The notes beneath the pieces are model-generated. The model made no database searches, was not told where the DNA came from, and was given only the letters and a program-made list of their open reading frames with translations. From positions 265 to 64,264 of the forward strand of contig JAFSPK010000052.1 of the NCBI GenBank assembly GCA_017443005.1: a stretch of DNA of 64,000 bases. Reading direction: 5' to 3'. The position numbers and the translations under genes were made by a program. This stretch comes from Acidaminococcaceae bacterium. Its GTDB lineage: Bacteria; Bacillota; Negativicutes; Acidaminococcales; Acidaminococcaceae. Shown one piece after another: positions 63,701 through 64,000 of the stretch (position 1 is the stretch's first letter; every line of letters begins with the position of its first letter).

Positions 63701-64000
63701 ATACCAGACGGAACGGCGTAAGCTTTAATGCGGCGGGCCGGTATGACCTGGACGCGGTAAACAGCAGCCTGTTGCGTGTGGGCGCCCGTTACGGATCGAC
63801 GGACAAGAAGTGGAACTGGTATGGCGGCCTTGCGTATGAGTATCAGTTTGACGGAGAATCGGGAGGTATGCTGAACGGCAACACGCCGATCCGTGCGGCC
63901 AGCATCAAAGGTGGCAGCGTGCGGGGTGAGATTGGCCTGCGCATGGACGCGACCGAGACGAATCCGTGGAAGGTGGATTTCAGTATCTATGGGTACGGCG
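54718..64000 (+). CDS. Giant type V autotransporter adhesin (>3090 aa, runs off the 3' end)
   Basis: AAGGAG RBS; ESPR signal MNKIYKVIWSKVRNCYVAVSE; barrel RYKTGSHVD..DAVNS..NPWKVDF in the same frame; no stop in the segments read, and absence from the ORF track fits a stop outside the window. Confidence 0.9.
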   Translation, partial: MNKIYKVIWSKVRNCYVAVSEIAKRNGKSCTSVNCGAKANRGHTGVALAIALSLSMASGGVAWAAPKSITTDTTVSVDDYWSDYTLDKTGTGAAGSGVHFTVTGSNVRVSSITSQQSGNVISIENGGIVRGDIHGGINNNSVTVTGGTVGSESGAAHYLYGGFSDNSSITGNYVYINEGANFPYTDVVGGGCTYTSSTSTFNVTDNHVTMDGGTLSRNIYGGLSRAGNATGNYVTINNGIVKSGTITGGWASSGNATGNYVTINGGSITGSVRGGYSSSGSATGNTVTISGGTISNYVAGGESNNSSNVVATGNTVVLDGVTLSNTNIYGGCYKNNWGYISTDFTGDVVTGNKLILKKAGNSVGGVGNFERVEISNEVVWDPGKTVLTSSSFGNIPTLDISAVNSLKNAASKGTMTLIARGSSSSSYDISVKYDTNKTAALSSSNPWVAIKGNTSSTTRDSGGSGNKIHFDYYSNIQALSLENNKSDIVFSYAPKAVRSIVFDSGIPWETGGRSVTSTDFGFSGVNIDAAYLSFSFTDAQKAALKANGVMTLVSNAEGLTAGRSVSLNQAISYNIANVSSLEGTLRGSVATAAGAVNYKVSSMRLNSVNLASWNGVSSSAVPSGWTGWTKNTSGISVTTTGFTPPTDIAVGSSRDILTTSTSDYFKNATIGTGNEYKEHSFGIGSDNDDTENEVTFTGTQWKGVTTNDNNSSLIYEVDQKNVTAIAFGSDMTWGAGRTANSDYNFSGVSDNNIDASNLSFSFTDEAQKASLSSSSYMTLLSNATNLAADLAVKGASRTQAVDYNTTNGVILSGTLEGTVSTEAGAVKYAANSMSLDSVSLTGWDSTKEAVAVPNGIITGWTRTSGGVPVTTGNFTTSLLPGQSKEILTASVANFFGTISGDRVYSTETFTNNDGNTGVTLSGDHYKGVKVEDTGRTLKYYAETMDTAGIKLGTMTWGTTTGRTAGDLYIFNRVNSIDATDFSFSNPDAVSGSMYLLSNATGLAAGAVDISHTQADFTTNMGNGTAITATLTGTISSAEAGKVKYTATGTTISTIDLSGWDVSTSSAVPAGWTLKKNSSNEVDATVETANMNATMLSNLPYGSSVPILTATGTAYFDGIKINGANAWNGSGSIVDTDNSGVAIVGTTTGTGVKVDDANKNQIVYQKSKEDITKLTLGGITFAAGTTVRTFDNTYDLTAAPIVASDELFTDESQALMEADDTMTLVDATGAIKNASNETLAQFNGGSSKSYVVNFTDTIKSNSIIKSDSIKFTGTHTDTLSQEDDTATSTKKSLLKYEVGAKMVTKATLSGSIDWRDGGTYYTNGVDVNENGKDATYTFDGDTAVDIAGVQFSTTEDPIAGGKTKFMTLLEGVTGVVETNISGTPAFGVALTQNNTKLDAKATGSASVSGNDVIYSVNGVAIDKINVTSIAKAADTVPTGWTLAKDSSDNVIATVETDGLVVASPSGLESGETKVIIEAAAGSTAFFKDVSVNGSHAWKVDGSTITSDLDIGGVAITGTQTKGGVKVNEANTNQIIYEESKKKINTLTLGSVTFANDDGTAATVARTFDKTYDVSTATINADDLAFANSDIMEKGNSMRIVDASAAIPNAISNKKLPAFTEQTKKVAFTDTITGKNLTLKGAHTDTLSQDAAQTTLTYTVGDKVVSSATPAGDITWNDGGTYYANGSDVNQNGTKATYTFDGNSAVDISSVSFNAAADPLAGATKTMTLLKDVNGVASNKVSGTPAFVVTLDQTNTKLDAKATGSAGVSNSDVTYTVSGVAINKVNIKSVGSTADTVPANWTLAKDSSDKVIAKVETDNMTKPSNLSPGETKVIITATGTDYFSGVEVKGGYAWTSGGALTSDLEAGGVMVAGNQTKGGVKVNEANKNQLIYEETKKKLTSITLGEVTFAKDGTARAFDKTYDATSATINANNLKFAEASRAKMETGNTMTMVDATAALKNANDETLAQFNGGADKTYSIAFNDTVTGKNLTLAGTHTDTLSQADDTATSTKKSKLVYTVGDKLVSSATLTGDIAWNDGGTHYTNGSDANQNGTKATYKFDGNSAVDISGVAFSATSDPLAGTTKSMTLLKGVTGVVATKVSGTPSFAVTLDQTNTKLDASASGSAGVSGSDVTYTVSGVAINKVNIKSVGSTADTVPANWMLASGATVETDDLVVASPSGLEPGETKVLIKAADGATNYFNGVSVNGNYAWKVDNSTITSELDIGGVAITGTQTKGGVKVNEANTNQIIYEESKKKINTLTLGSVTFANDDGTAATVARTFDKTYDVSTATISADGLAFANSDTMETGNLMRIVDASAAIPNAISNNKLSAFAGQTYEVAFSDTITGKNLTLAGTHTDTLSQDAAQSTLTYTVGDKKVSSATLTGDIAWNDGGTHYTNGSDANQNGTKATYKFDGNSAVDISGVQFNATVDPLGKSMTLLKDVNGVVATKVSGTPSFTVALDQTNTKLDANATGDSGVSGNDVTFTVSGVTLDKITVKSANGTADKVPASWTMAAGATIETDSMNVPELAAGTHVDILQSDTDGFFANVPINGANAYGNTQETFTESDAAKSVSIAGTQDKGVTLNTEKKHLIYKAGTLDVASVTLGPAEWKKGATVFDRSGAGYNYADVAALGTDSFAVSYASPETIAAGDSMTLLQANATLKDMAERVKKTSYSYTPVTGVTVDANITGKLAISGGVVTFTAAENQAGKLTFGSVDWKDSSALMTRPKNITFSGADVDTAKINFTNITLLDANKQMTLVSDFGDKVGTITGTKYMVGTTSEGEGVASLSGSDLIFTTKTGAGGAAEQTHRTVMATEAGIAALAAGQEYVDSAVEGLGMLTNLSPDGTSTFAAMGGGASRYKTGSHVDTRTWNAVVAVGSKREHKKGTFEWGVFAEYGKGNYTLHSDDGGRGDGDTHYAGGGLLAKWTNKHKVYTEASVRMGRISDSASNMLRDGEGNQYGYNVHANYYGGHIGIGKLFEVKKNRELDVYGKFFYTRRNGVSFNAAGRYDLDAVNSSLLRVGARYGSTDKKWNWYGGLAYEYQFDGESGGMLNGNTPIRAASIKGGSVRGEIGLRMDATETNPWKVDFSIYGYG
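58200..62250 (+). repeat. About four ~1.08-kb intragenic repeats of the autotransporter stalk
   Basis: WxDGGTxY.NG.D.N.NG..ATY.FDG recurs at 58654, 59737, 60817, 61879. Confidence 0.85.

Overview
Bacterial chromosomal window, most consistent with a diderm Firmicute (Negativicutes, Acidaminococcaceae/Succiniclasticum-like; inferred from T-box regulation occurring together with type V autotransporters). The centre is mostly housekeeping and metabolic: recQ, a beta-CASP RNase, a T-box-controlled TRAP transporter, typA, sepF-like, uraA, transaldolase, Fur/PerR, rlmD, HU, CapA-DcuC-amidohydrolases, ccdA-tlpA, a frameshifted cotH, ilvBN, three c-di-GMP enzymes, Hpt, a lone carB, purC, an SSS transporter and a tannase. 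Both ends carry an autotransporter next to an Rpn (PD-(D/E)XK) gene. The right end has a duplicated, rearranged regulator/promoter/autotransporter/Rpn module, with an amber-interrupted regulator, an empty expression slot and a >3000-aa autotransporter absent from the ORF track. Other non-coding features: a 164-bp palindromic repeat family with covarying ends, a 65-nt purC-antisense copy in a transporter leader, and an orphan gene 3' end. There is also an AT-rich three-gene DUF4160-like cassette.
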